From Vezdaea acicularis (taxonomy: Eukaryota), in contig JAPEUI010000003.1 of NCBI GenBank assembly GCA_026025075.1, forward strand, positions 186,001 through 250,000: a DNA stretch of 64,000 bases. Reading direction: 5' to 3'. The position numbers and the translations under genes were made by a program. Positions within the stretch are counted from its first letter, which is position 1; every line of letters begins with the position of its first letter. Below, piece by piece: positions 10,738 through 24,812 of the stretch. The notes beneath the pieces are model-generated. The model had not been told where the DNA came from. It did not search any database and was given only the letters and a program-made list of their open reading frames with translations.

Positions 10738-11874
10738 GCTTGGGTTTGAGAATTGGTCTTTGAAAGGTTTGAGAAGCTTGAATGGCTTGTGCGTATACTC
10801 AATGATCTTAAATTTAAGAGAAAGCAACACGATTGAAGCAGAGGAGGTTCTCCGATACTCGCGTACAAGTAGAAGCTATCCCCCAATCCAACTTAACACC
10901 TGCCAATCCCCGGCAAGAACCCCCCAATGAAACTCCCCGCCTCGTGAACCACCAAAGCAAGCTCATTATCTCCACCCCACCCCTCAGCGCAGCTCCTCCA
11001 TCCCCAAGCATCGCGCCAGCTTCTAGACCCCCTGCACGATGATCTGTCATCCACGAGGCCTTGGCAGCGCGCTTGTGCCATACACCCCACCCGCGCTTGA
11101 GCCAATCGAGGTCCCTGCGGCGCACGCGAGGAACCCGCAGCCGCGCCAAGTTAATTCCCCGATAACACGGGAGAGCCGGGGGTGCGGTTGTTGATAGGGT
11201 GTTGATGGTGCCAGCGGATGAACCGGCGAGGAGGGGGAGGAAAGTGGAGGTCTAGGCGCGCGGTCGGGAGGGAGGAGGAGGAGAGGCGCTTCCGCGGAGA
11301 GGGACGAGTTCATGTCTGGCGATTTCAGAAAACGCGCGGTTTCTACATATTCGATTCCACTTGTCGTGGTAACTGTTTTTTTCTACCTCGTGGGTTAGAA
11401 GCTGAAGATTTACAATGTCCACCTCCATATTCCCCCACCCCGACCCTCCTAATCCGTTATTATCCCCCCCAGTAATGTTAACCATCCGTCCAGCCATATA
11501 CGCTATGCCACGAAAAAACCACACAGAAAGCCGCCCACAGTAGGAAACTGGGGATATCAAGAAAGGCGCACACGAATACAGAAGCCAGCCAGTGCATCGC
11601 AAAGCTTGTAAAAAGCGCGCGGCATATGTATGAGAAGCCGCCCCAAATGAAAACTCCCGTTTTTTTCCGACGATCCATCCTTTGTTACTTACCCGTCTTC
11701 GTATTTCCTATCCGTCTTTAATATGTATAGACTTAGGCATTTGCTTTGCGGCTAAGTCCCTCTTGTTCGTTTCCTTTCCCTCTGAACGCCATAATGTCCG
11801 AGAAATCTGCCACTTATGGTATGCGCGTATTATCCGGCGCGCATTTCCTTCTCGCCAGTCTACGTTCTCTGACT

Positions 11875-13985
11875 TCACTCCAAGACCTCTTTCAGGTCCA
11901 CTTTCGCGCGTTTTCGTCTGCCTCTATTTCCTTCGTGCTCTTCCTTTCCCTCCTCGCCACCAGCATCGGCACCCGTATCTCCCTCACTTCTCCGTCTTCT
12001 TCGTGGTGTAACCGAGGGAGGCTTCGTAAAGGAGCTTTCCCGTATGGGAGGAAGCTGCAAACTCTCCACACCTGGTCCCTGGCTCATACTATTGTAGGGA
12101 GTTCGTGGTGTTCTCGATTGTGATAGTGACGGGCTCGGATGAGTATATGTTGTTATTGGGGAAGCTGCTGAAGCGCCTGAGTAATTAGCAATGGCAGGGA
12201 AATAACCAGGGTCGTATTGTTGCGAGTTTCTTGGAGAAACCCTCTCATCCCTTGCCGCGTAGCTAACAGGTTGGGATGTGGAGTAGTAAGGAGACGGCGG
12301 AGCGGATGAGTGAGCGCTTGTGGGGTGCGAAGAGCGCCGTTGTTCATACGAAGGAGACGGGCCGATCCTCATATGATATGGTGGAAACATGTGTGGGTGA
12401 TTTTCACGGCTATAAGGCGGAGGGATTGATCTCGTTTGAAGAGCGGGATGATTCGCTGGCCAAAGCGTGATCACGGCGAATATCAAAGCTGCTTTCGCGA
12501 GCTTGATCTGGCATGGAATGGTTGAGAAATGCCGAGGGGTACCGAAGCTTACTGTCTCGAAACGGTCATCCGCATATCCATGTGTTATTGTTGCGTAATC
12601 ACCCTCCTGGATGTCCTGGATCACTTTCTGAGGGTCTCGATCTTCAAATATCGGAGGAAGCCACGCGGACTCTCGAGTCTCCCGCTCCATCTGAATCTGC
12701 TGTTGCATCAAGGAGATTTTTGGCACGTCTGTTGGTATCACCAGATCTTCTAACCGTTGACCATGGATTTTGTTGACAGCTACAGGAATAGCACTGTGAA
12801 AAGCCTGTGATGCTTTCACGACAATAAATTCCGGTACTGTCAGGAAAGCGACAGGAGGTGCTTCTCTGTATCCTTGATTTGGCGGGGGCGGCTGGAAGCC
12901 AGTTTTCGTCCCTATTCGTCCTTGTTGGCTACTCACACCTGGTGGTGTCTGAATGAAACCCTGCGCGAATGATTGTGGCTCGGCTTGCGGCCTCCCAACA
13001 CGTTCATACGGTGCACGAAGCATTGGATCGGGTCTTGCCGTTGTGGTCGGAGAAAGCTGAGGCGACATTAACGGGGGTGGCATAGTAGTTTGAGATGGTT
13101 GGAACGCAGGGCTTCCATTTCTGCGACCTTCTCTATCTTCTCGAAGTCGCGGCCTGCCTCGTTTCTTGTGTTCGACATCGATACAAGAACTCTAAAATTA
13201 TTGGTCAGCAAAGCTATTTGGTATCGAATAGCTTTCTTCTCTTACCTGCTTGTTAGACTTGATACACCTTTCACAAGGACGTTGAGCTATAGAGTCGTTC
13301 GTGTAAGCCAATGGTTTGAGCGAATGAAAAGACTCAGCTTACTTTCGCATCGAAGATGTGCCTTTTTGCAGTTGATGCAAGCAGAGGCGGTATGCGCTTT
13401 TGTTCGGCGCTGAGTCCGAGAAGAAGAGTACGATGCCGGCACCGACTCTGTCGATCTTGCTCCTTGTGCAGTCGCATGAAGTGACGAGGTGCGGGGTGGT
13501 ATTGGTGGGGGATAGGAAGGAAAGACACTTCGCTGCAAAGGGTGCGCCTGCGCCTGCTCTTGTGTCTGCGTCCTTCGAAAGTCCAACGCCGGGCCGGCAG
13601 GATATCCTTGCGGCCGTTGACCACTCCCATCGACTACTTCAGGCTCGGGTATTCGAGATATTTCCCGACCTGCTAAAACTGTGGATGACGATGGTGGTGG
13701 TGGTTGTCGTTTTTGTTGTTCTTTATTCTGATCTGGTGAATGGGGCCGTTTATCTGGAGGCGGAGGAGAGCCTGACATAGGAGGAGAAGGATAATTAGCC
13801 CCCAGGGCAGCCTTTCCCTCCCAGCCCCAACCCGATTTCAGATTCAACGAGAACTTCGTTAGGTTAGAGTTGAACCTATGTTTTCCGAAAGATCGAAGAG
13901 GAGAATAGTCGTGGTGTTGTAATGTCCCTTGCATGGGGATTGATTGTAGGTTTAAGATTTGTGAAGGGGTTCGGCGTAAGAGCAT
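11875..13985 (-). CDS. Zn(II)2Cys6 transcription factor
   Basis: Binuclear cluster rebuilt across introns 13342-13287 and 13245-13192: ACINCKKAHLRCETQRPCERCIKSNKQSSCIDVEHKKRGRPRLR. It continues in frame into ORF 11875-13083. The start codon is uncertain. Confidence 0.85.
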
Positions 13986-15590
13986 TCATGGGTCCTGCAA
14001 AGGGTACTATGGCCACGACGAGGGAACAAGGGGCTGATCGAGGTGTATCCAATTCAAAGCGATTGTCTCATAATCTGATAGGCGACAGGCAGACAAGGAC
14101 TTTCGCTAGATGATTAGGACGCTGAATGGTCCTGGTCTTGGGTCAGCTTTTATAGTCCTAGGTGATTATGGCCCGAGTGACGGCCAGCGGTCTACTCGAG
14201 AAGCAAAATAGCGGCAGACAGTGGACTTTGAGATGTCTATGGCATGACGACCTTGGCGCATATACAAAAAAACAATCTCGATCTCACCTGTCACCGATTC
14301 CGAGCTTACGCGCGCTTTGGGATATTTCTAGTCTCGGCCTCCTGCCAGTACCCGTTCGCTTTGTACCAGGGATACTAGAGGCTCCTTGCCTACTCTAAAG
14401 GGTGCCGAGAGTCGATTGATTTGTCGAAATGTTCCGGTTGTGTGAAGGGCAAGACAAGGCGTTCGAAGAAGGTCGCGGGTGCCGGAAGTTTGACGGGTAT
14501 AAGTCGCGCCAGGCCTCATCGATTGGCGTCAGGGCATTAGACTATGGACGAGGACGTCCCTGGGAGGAGCCGGCATTGACGCACATATTTGCCCGTTCAA
14601 GTGGAGATCAGACGGTCGCTAAATATGAGATATCTGCACTGCAGGATCTGGTGATCCTTGTTTACACATGCGGTGCCCAGCTCCGTCTTCCCTGCTGAAG
14701 TCAGAGGACGCTTCGAGAATGCGTGTACCGGTACATGGAGCAGACCGAAAGGTACGGTGGCCAATATGATGACGAAGATCACGCCCCTTGGGGCATCGGC
14801 GCCTTTCCGGGGAACAGGGAGGGGAGGGCGTCGGGAGACGCATTATTGAGATATGCTCCGCACGGGAGGACGCCGACTCGCCAGAGGCCAGAGAGTGGTT
14901 CATGTTGGCCATGGGAGCTACCGTATCGGCACGCGTCAGAGATTGAGACGAGACCGAGACAAAGAGGCAAAAAGGCAAAAAAGGGTGTTGTGAGGTTGCG
15001 CCGCCGGAAGCCAGTGCGTCCCAGGGGAATCCGGACGAGGAAGGGATGGCGGATGGCGAATGGCGAATGGCGAGTGGTGGACAGAAGGGAAAGTGCAACA
15101 ATGGGGGTGGACTGTTATGTTGATGGGGTGTCGTGCTCTGGCATGGGTGAGGGTCGGCCGGCGGTCGTCCGTCGTCGAATCCCAAGCCCCGCTGGCCTCT
15201 CAAAGCCTTCTGGTCCTCCCTTCGATAAGTTGACAGGCGGGTGCCGATCCATCAATAACCTGGATGAGCTGAAAGGGTAAATGTGTGGATGGACCAATAA
15301 TTGCGCGGCCTTTGATTAACCTTCTGCTGCGAGTGCACGACGACCCGCTAGGATCTTTCGAGTCGTCGCCATTAGGCCCGGCCGTTTGCTGGGCATGCCG
15401 AACAGTGGAGATCGACCGAAAGCGTCATCTCCTTCCGCCGGGGCTGATTCCACCAATCCGGAGTTGCTCGAGGGTGGCGTTGTTTGACAGGGCAAGTGAC
15501 CGTGGAGCTCTCAGAAAAGCCTTAGTGCGGTAGACGAAGCCTCTTCTGCAATCGGTGCCCCTCGCTGGGCGTCCGGAGCGTGCCCTCTGT

Positions 15591-15610
15591 TACCCTACCC
15601 TACCCTACCC
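15591..15610 (+). repeat. (TACCC)4 microsatellite
   Basis: taccctaccctaccctaccc is visible directly in the sequence. Confidence 0.8.
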
Positions 15611-18414
15611 GCATGAGTAATCACCCCCTCCTGCCCCTCCTGGCGTTCTCATCTGGCCTGGCCTGCCAGCTTGCGCGTTCCACGACCCTTTTGCGATGCT
15701 TCATCATGCGCCTGTACCACACGTAGCTGAACGCTCGCAAAAGCCCCATCGCGCTCGCGTATGAAGCGCTTGTCTGCGGATAATCCAAAGAGGCACTCCG
15801 AACAGACGCCAATTAGGACTGACAAATAGTCTCAGCTCCAATAGTTACTCCAATAGTCTAGCCGGGGGCCCGCCCCCTTCTACATGCTTGTCAGTTACCG
15901 GTACGGGCAAGGTACTACCACGATTGTCACCATCCTCAATGGTAGATCCGCTACCATCGCGACAGGCTGGCGGCTGCCTTTCCGTGCCGTGTCGCCTGTG
16001 GGATCGTGCCGGATTTCTTTTTCTCTCGATTAAATCGATAACCTTCTTTCCCACGCAGGGTAGAAAGTCATGTCAATCACATTCCCGCGGCGACTATCGA
16101 AAGGGAACCTCGCGAGTCTTTCAATATTCGAGCAACACTGAGCAACACTAGGAAGATTTTGGGTGCGATAGCTTCGATTACCGTCGCACAATCGACAAGA
16201 TGCACGTCTCGGGAAGGCCGCAATCCAGATCGAAAGACTAACTCAATCGTCATTGCGGATCGCTTGCCCGTGTCTGACGCGCATAAAGGCTTGTCAGAGG
16301 TGATGCAGGGCGTCGGCGAGGAGAAATCCCCTAGAGAATCCCCTCATCTGAAACTTTCGTGACCTCTGCGCTGGTGATCGGTTACAGGGGCACACGATCA
16401 CCATTCTCGATGCATACGCGCTCTCGTGGTCCATGCAATGCAGTGCACGAGGATCCTACCGGAAGCAGAGTTGTGGGGTGGCGACGTCTAGATCTCTATC
16501 GTGGAGCCAGCCGCAGCTCGGACCCTTCGAAGAAGATGGGCAGGGAGGGACGCGAATCGTGTTCAAAGATCTCCAGAAGGGCTGAAGAAACAGTCCTCGA
16601 GGAGGGAAGAGCATTAGGCTGGTGAAGGCGAGAAGCAAAGATTATACCGCAAGTCTAGTCCCATCACAGGGTTGAGAATAGACGCATATGCACTACCTTC
16701 AGGTGCGGCATCGAAAAGATGAGGCTGCCCGTCCGAAGAAGTTGCAGAACCTCCTCATTCATGGTTCAGGTACAACTACTGCATCGATGGTTCGCCGGGT
16801 CAAAGCAGCAGTCGCTAACCGCTGTTGAGCGAATTGAGTGAACTACGGGCCTTAGCTTTTTGACTTGCCCCACCGGCTCTGATGTTTGTCGCAGAATTGC
16901 AATCGAGATTCTCCGATGAGGCGCAACTGTGGCTAATAGAAAAGAGAACTGCGCATACACCGGACGTTGCAGCTGAGCAGGAAGATGAGGCGCAGTTTGG
17001 TCGTCGCAATCACCAAGGACGAGAACGGCGTCTTGGCGCGGAACCCTTCAGCTTGCGAGTTTGTCGCCATCAGGTCTGGCGCGGTCTAGGCCTGGCCTGT
17101 AGCCGGTGGAGACATCAACATCATCAGACTGACTAGATTCTTCAACCTCGACGTTATCTTAAGTGTACGCGTTCTTTGAATTATCTTATGACTCCGTAAG
17201 GTAGCGGCCGGCTGAAGAGAGACAAACAATTCTGCGTGGCGAATCCGAGGAGCTTGTGGCGTCGTGACTGTTGATCTTCGCATCGACCTGAAAGGAGTTG
17301 CAAGCGCGGAAAGGAGACTCCTTTAGGTGAAAGAGCAGCGAGCTGAGGGGAAGGTCGTAACTGAGATCTCCAAAAGCTTCGCTTGAGGTAATCGTGACTT
17401 ATGTAATCTTCAGGAGCGACAGTGATTGGGGAAGCTCGATCAGTGCAGTTTGACGCGAATCATCCCGTCTGATCTTCTATACGGGATAGTACTTCCCCTC
17501 ATCCGCATATTGATCGCCGCTGATCGTCGATCATATCACCATGGTTCCACCGTTACTCTAAGCATCATAGTGCATGAGGGCATAGAACTCTCCGAAAAGA
17601 ATCACCAGAAGTTTCTTTCCACATATGCTACCTCGAACGCCTCATTTTTCCATGAGCGGAGGATTGAGAAGCCTCGTCTCGATGCTTCCGTTGCCACATA
17701 GCACGGAAGAAGATGATCCCGGTTGCAGACTACGCTCGATGCTAGCCCAAACAATGGTGGATTGGCGTGATCTCATCAGCGCCAAGATCTTCGATAGCAA
17801 CTACATTTTCAAGATGCATCGTGATCGCGGCCGAGAGGGTTTGGCGTTGAGCCAGAGCCTGGTAGTACTTGTGATGAGAATTCCGCGGATTTCCTCTTGA
17901 CCTTCGCGAGATTAGGCTGAAGCCGATACGCGGACTATTCAAACACAACAACTGCAGTATTATAGAGTAGAGTTCCGTAGAGCACTCTCTTTCAAAGTTG
18001 AAGATATGAAAATGGCTGCATATTCTATGCTAAGTTAATCTTGGTTGAAATCTCCGTCTTCCTTGAATATTCAAATCTCCGAACTTGAAAGTCTCCGATC
18101 TGTTCGGTTAGTAGTGGAGGGAGCGCCCATGGCTTCCGCTTCCCGAGTTCATCTACCTTCTCCGGTCATCCGAAGCAAGGTGGTCGAGCTTGCAGGGATC
18201 AAACCCTTTCCGGTGTTTCGGGCAAACCTTGGGCCCCTGCGGATGAGGAGCGACCTTGTGCATGCAGCAAAGCGAATCCGATGGCGCATATCCCATTCAC
18301 GACATTGCTCTCAAGTGACACACACGGCGATGAGCTTGTATGCACAGATGCCGTTCCCCGCACCGGACGTTTCCGATGAGGTAAAACTGCGACTATTTTC
18401 GATTTACTTCCGTG

Positions 18415-21399
18415 CTAAAGTTGACTTTCTATTCCTGCTACATGATGATTTCCCCTCCACCTTTTCTCCGGCCAGACGTATGTCATGGCTTCCCAAATGT
18501 GTCTATCAGAGTTGATGTTAGTGAGAGACCGGCATAATACATACGCAATCGTGAGGATTCTTACTTGACGGGGATGATCTTTAGTCCATCCTTCCCTATT
18601 ACTTCAGAGGGTAGATCCTTCAGATCTCTTTCGTTTGCTGCGGGTATTATTACAGTGCGAACACGAGCACGTAGAGCGCCTATGACAATGTGTTAGGATA
18701 ATTTCAAAACGCCCTTTGGTCATACTGCACTCACCGATTAACTTTTCCTTAATACCTCCTACCGCCAATACCTTTCCCCTTAAACTGATTTCTCCGGTCA
18801 TGGCGAGCGTAGAAGGCACAGCATTCCCAGAGAATAACGATATCAAGGCAATCGTATGAGCAAGCCCAGCGGATGGGCCATCCTTCGGAATCGCGCCAGC
18901 TGGACAATGCACGTGAATGTTGCGTTTCACCATGATATCTGCCGTAGGGTCTTCTGTTAGACCTAAATCGTAAGAATGAGCCTTGACCCATGAGAGTGCA
19001 ACCTCAACACTCTCCTTGAGGACGTCACCGAGCTTCCCGGTAAGTTGGACTCGACCACGACCTGGCATATCCACTATCTCGATGAACAAGATGCCACCAT
19101 TTCCACCGGTACTATAGGCAACTAGCCCAGTGACCAGCCCAGGGCGAGCGGTTTTCTCGGCAAGCTCCTCCTCAAACTTTTCGACTCCTAGTATTCGTTC
19201 TAGATCTTCTAATGATACCTGGGCATTGTACTGCTCTATGGCTGAAGCGTCTTTAGCCTCAGAATACTCTACAGCCTTTGCCCGACAGACCGACCCAATT
19301 TCGCGTTCTAGATTTCGAACGCCAGCTTCGCGAGTGTAAGAGTTGATGATCTGATCAATGACTTCATCCTTAAATCGGACATCGTTACTGCCAAGCCCGT
19401 TCGTAAGTATTTGCTTTGGTATTAGATGGCGGGTAGCAATGTGTCTCTTCTCAAGGGTGGTATATCCGGACAATGAAATAGTCTCCATCCTATCTAGCAG
19501 CGGAGGTGGTATAGTGTCAAGGCTATTGGCAGTAGCGATGAATAGCACAGTGCTGAGATCGATGGGAATATTGACGTAATGGTCAGTGAAGGTACAATTC
19601 TGTTCTGGATCGAGAACTTCAAGCATGGCTGCTGAAGGGTCGCCGTGGAAACTTGAAGTACCCACTTTGTCGATCTCGTCGAGAAGAAAGACAGGATTAG
19701 CAACTCCTACCTTCTTCAGGCCGTTAACAATCAGCCCTGGCATCGCAGCTACATATGTCTTGCGATGGCCCCGGATCTCAGCTTCATCGCGAACACCTCC
19801 CAGAGAGATGCGGTGGAATTTCCTCCCCAGAGCAGTGGCGACCGACTTTGCGAGACTAGTTTTTCCAGTGCCAGGAGGTCCAACTAGTAGCAGAATTGGG
19901 GATTTGTCGACCATCCTTTTGCTCTTCAGAAGCTGCAACTTCACCTCACTGGTATCAGAATCTTTTACCTCGTGGTCATCTGTACTATCCTTAGAGGAGC
20001 TGGCATCCTTATTCGAGAGCTTTTCGATCTTCATGTCTAGCTCACTGTTTATAGAGTGCTTCAATTTAAGGACCGCTAGATACTCTAGTAGCCGCTTTTT
20101 CACCTTCTCCAATCCGTAATGGTCGTCATCAAGCTGTTTTCTTGCACGAGAAAGGGTTTCTAAGCCAAGTCTATCCTCGGACATCCGAGACCAGGGTATT
20201 TCAGCTAATGTTTCCAAGTAGTTCCGACAAACTTGGTACTCTAGCTGAGCCGGGTTCATCTTGGTTAGGCGCTTCAACTCTTTATCTGCTACCTTTTGAG
20301 CTTCAGCAGACATCTTTGCGTCCTCCAGCCGTTTCCTTAATTCCATCAGCTCGTCGGCTTCCTCTTCATTGTCTTGGCCAGAGCCGGGCGGAAATGTGGG
20401 TAGCTGTCCAGTCCCGAAACTCAAAAGATTACGTCGAGTGATATCACGTTGCGAATTACCATTCTTGTTCTTTTCCGCGCGATCTGGTAAGCTCATGATA
20501 GAGATCGACGTGACCTTCATGTTTCCATTGATCGTTTCCATCTGCTTGGATAAGATCTCTATAATCTTTTCCAGGCGCTCTTGGAGATCCCATGTAGCAA
20601 GTACTTCCAATTTATCTTCAACTGAGGCGTCCACTATATTGGTCATGAAATCCCCAAGAAGGCTGGCCTCCTCTACAGTTTTCTTTTCAATATATATTTC
20701 GAGACGTCTCAACAACAACGGAGAAGGCTTTCGGGGTAATAAAGACGACACCTTGAGGAATGCAAGGAATTCTTGTGACTGCTGCTTTAGACGCGCAAAC
20801 AGCTCTTGAATTGCCGGATCCTGTGTAAAATGCACTGCATTCTATGTCAGTATTTGGATAAATTAGCTGTAGATGTGAATGTATACCATCTTCAATATGA
20901 TGCCGAACCTCTGCCTCCATGTATGGCTTGTCGTTACGAATCTTCCCAAGTTTGAATCGACTTATGCCCTCAATTACTGTTGTATTCCCTCGTTAGAGAT
21001 TGCCTCAATAACTTCGGACGGAAACTTACGAAATGAAAGTTCCCCTGTGCCTCGGCCTTGCACACCAAGTATTTTTGCAACGCAACCGTAGTTGAACAAT
21101 TCATCTCTCGTAATCGTCGTCGGATCCAACGATGGCCTTTCATTTCTAGAGCGAGGGTCGCCCTTGCTCTTAAGGACCCTTTGGCCATTTTGACTTAGTT
21201 GTGGCGAACGCATAGGCACGCATCCTAAGAGTGATGCTGAAGACCGAGCTTCTCGTATACCCTTTGTCAAGCTGTGGGCTAATATTAATTGTGCATCAGA
21301 ACGGTGCTGTATTGGTAATCTGGCTATCATTCCAGGTAGGAGTACTGGTGTAGCATCGTCTACCAAGGGTAGAATGGGTAAGCTAGTAGGAATATCCAT
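18415..21399 (-). CDS. Peroxisomal Lon protease (LONP2/Pln-type)
   Basis: Lon N-domain start (LPILPL...VLLPG), AAA+ GPPGTGKTS and LLDEIDK, catalytic PKDGPSAG and GGIKEK. The spliced last exon ends ...VAGIESQL* (PTS1-like). Several introns. Confidence 0.92.
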
Positions 21400-21734
21400 G
21401 CTCTGAAGTGAAGCTCTCGTGAGCTAGAAATGAGCAAGATACAGGCTTTCGGGCTGATGCGGGGAGAAGAAGTGGAGTTTCAAATAGAGCTTGATGCTGA
21501 ACTGGGACGCTGAATCGTGTTAATGTAAGATATTAGTTCTATAGAAATGTACATGTTGTTCGCATCATCCATCCAGCTTCCTACATTTGCCGAGGCATAC
21601 CCCAATGGAGCGAGCTAGGCCCCATCCGTCCATTAAGGTGATTGAATAGGCCATGTATCCAGAAGTCACGACAAATACGTGACTAGAACGTGTATTCTCA
21701 ACTAAGTTTATTGCTATACAGTTCCTACAACCAT

Positions 21735-24587
21735 TCATGCTTTCCGCCTTTTTGAGGGTCTGGCGTTTTTATCCCTACGCTTAGCCTTCACGTTTCTCTG
21801 CTTCCTCACATCATCAACGCCTCGTAACTCCTTCTTACTCTTACTTTCTGCGAATTTTCCAACTCGGTTTGCTCTTGCCTCCTCTACCCTTTTCTTTCTG
21901 ATGTGATAGTCATCACGGAACCGATCCGCTTCTTTTGGTGCTTTCTCCTCTCGATGTCTGAACATCCGTCCCGAGCCCCCTTGGCCCAAGTGAGAAGATG
22001 GCTTTTCCAACTCTCCTACTCTTTGCATGCGATTTATCTTATTCGACTTCCGCCATGCATCAAATCTGCCGCTCCTGAAAGATGCTGCGATCTTTTGACC
22101 GCTTTCTCCTTTAATCATTCTTGCACCTTTTGAGCCATCCTCATCATTGGCTCGTGAGACGTATTTCTTCTGCTGTTTATCCCACCGTAACCCCCGAGCG
22201 CGACTGGGCTCTCCTATGGACCCGGCTCCCTCATCGTTGGTGAGATCCATGACTGCACCTCGAGCAGCCTCAACAAAATTAGAGTTCTGCCTTGCTGTGT
22301 TGTATGAGCCAGAGTGGACCCCGTAGCCACGATCTTCAGCTGCATTCGTCGAAGTTGGCGCGTACGACATGAAGTGTTCAGAGTCTTTCCAGTAGTCCTT
22401 TGCTGATCCACGATTTCTTGTATTTGACTGTGAAAAGGTAACTTCAAGTTCCTCGTCGGAAGCTGAATCCATATTAGCAGCATCATACGTATCATCCGCA
22501 GCGGCGGCGCTATATTCTCTTTCCGTGTCTGTGATATGGGTATCGGTGTTCTGAGGAGACATCGCAGTTTCGATAGTCTGTGTCTCTAATCTTTTTGCTT
22601 TGCGTGTCAATATATCTTTCCTTCTCTCTCTCATAATCTCGGCCGCTTCGCTACTGTTCCCTCCCCGCTTCCCAATCTCGAACACAGTCTCTAGTGGACG
22701 AAACCCACTAATACGAGCCAACATATCTGTGCGCGCAGTCTCGGCCCCGTCCGTATCGGCATTGAAAAGCGGATGTAATTGCAGCCATGCGTTGGAAGCT
22801 GTGATATCCTTCGCTCGTTTCGCACTTTCGCTGGATGCCGAGTTTCGTGTCCTTAGGTAAAGCTTTTCACCCTTTGCAGCTACAGACCTGAGAGCAGCTA
22901 GATCAACGTCCTCCTCTAGTATTTTCTTTACCCATTCGCAGCTAGTCTCAACGCGATCTCTCCCTAGGCTACCAACGGTAACATCTTTTGAGAAGTCAAC
23001 GTTACTCCCAGCTGTTGATCCTAAAGTAAGGCTTTTCCCCAAGAAGAGTTGCAAATCTAACAGGTATGGCGCGTCAGCATCTCTGACAAAGCTGTAGCTC
23101 CAGCCCTGCTTTCCTGCTCGAGCAGTCCTACCCACTCTGTGAACAAATATTTTGGGCTGAGCTGGGAAATCATAGTTGATGACGTTAGCCAGAATTGGAA
23201 TATCAATACCACGAGCAGCAACGTCCGTCACAACGAGAATGTTCGTTATTCCGCTACGAAAATCTTGAACTTGCATCTTCCTCGCCGTCTGATCTAAGGA
23301 GCCATACGCGTGACTGACTGCGAATCCAGCAGCTCTAAGTAATGAAGCTAAGTATTCCACATGATGCTTCGTTGCCGTAAAGACAATGGTCGAGTGTTCA
23401 GTAGGCGATTTACTTGCACTTGGTGTTTCTGCTCCCCGCTTTCTTTTCTTGGCCTTTACGTCGCCTGTTGCTCTTGCTTGTGCACCTTCTGGGGCCCCCG
23501 TTGGCATCTTGATGACGTCGAAAAGGACGTGAAGCAGAGCACCTTCTTTTTCTTCAGTCTTGACGGTGAAATAGGCACTTTGTAAGTCAGGTGATATCTT
23601 GCTCTCAGTGTCCAGGCGCACTAGTCTCGGATCCTGTAGTCCAGCTCTTGCGAACTCGACCAATGACTTCGGCAGCGTTGCCGAGAATAAAAGCGTTTGC
23701 CTTGATGACGGCAATGCGTGAATGATCTCTCTCAGCTGAGCCGCAAACCCCATTTCAAAGAGTCGATCCGCCTCATCAAATACAACATAACTCATGGAAG
23801 ATAGATCGAGGGACATTTCCACTTGAAGATGTAAAAATCGACCTGGTGTTGCAATCAAAATATCAGGATTTGTGTCCATGAATCCAAACTGCTCTTCCAG
23901 GCTATCGCCACCAACAAGGAGAACGCATTTCAAATCTGTACCTCGACCAAGCTCTTTGACTACCTTCAGTGTCTGCAACGCCAATTCCCGAGAAGGCGAT
24001 AATATCAGGCTACGCGCCCCCACCTTGGCACTATGCGTCTTCAGCTTCTCAATGAGCGGCACGACGAAAGCAGCTGTCTTCCCCGATCCGGTTCTGGCCA
24101 TCCCAACGACATCCTGGCCGTCCAACACTAACGGAATTGTCTTGCGCTGGATTGGGGTTGGGACCGTAAAGCCTTTGCGAGTGATTGCTTTCAGAAGATT
24201 TGCATTTAGGCCTGGTTCCAATTAGCACTCAACAGAACGTATTGACAATTATAGAAAGAACATGTGCCAACCCATAGCCTGAAACCCCCCGCCCTTCTTA
24301 ACAGTCCTGCCTTTCAGAGTAGATGCTTTCCGATTTGAAGCTGCCTGAATGGCAGTAATGAAGTCCTTATCGTCACTGCCATAACCATCTGCCGCATCGT
24401 CCAGAGCTAGCCCGTCTCCAACTTCAAGATCTCCATGTTGTACTAGTGAACGAGATCCGGATGTAGGGCCTCCTCCCACCCTAGCTTCAGATACGTCCGA
24501 GTCGTCGTCGTCATTGTCATTGAAGAGAGCCCCAGTTATGTCAACATCATTTTCAGACTGATTCTGGGCAGTTACTTGATAAGGCAT
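21735..24587 (-). CDS. DBP10: DEAD-box RNA helicase Dbp10 (60S biogenesis)
   Basis: [12 protein letters not shown] start of the Q-motif, [15 protein letters not shown] and HRVGRTAR. Dbp10-type C-terminus ([27 protein letters not shown]). One intron near 24212-24270. Confidence 0.95.
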
Positions 24588-24702
24588 ATCCAGACTTACC
24601 TAGGACCCTTTTGTGCGATTTCTCCAAAATCGCAATTCGAACCAGACTTTCTTGATAGAATATCGCTTACCGTGCGGAACAAGCCGATTCGATGCCAATG
24701 CT

Positions 24703-24708
24703 ACGCGT
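24703..24708. promoter_or_regulatory. MCB element (ACGCGT) upstream of RFA2
   Basis: Exact MluI site about 105 bp upstream of the RFA2 ATG, plus TTCGCGTC near 24728. RPA genes are established MBF targets in fungi. Confidence 0.5.
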
Positions 24709-24812
24709 AAAGAGGGAAACACGGAATTCGCGTCTCCCGAATTTACTCCAAAATCATTCACCGCCATACAGATTGCTGTCGTCAGCGCTGCATTGATTCT
24801 AACCTAAGAAAA

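Noticed and set aside
14619..15280. Overlapping 194-aa and 185-aa ORFs
   Set aside because: These are GC-rich, low-complexity translations on both strands with no domain or splice support, and are likely chance ORFs in regulatory DNA.
15591..15610. Telomere seed or telomerase-RNA template
   Set aside because: The unit is TACCC, not the TAACCC of filamentous ascomycetes, and there are only four copies.
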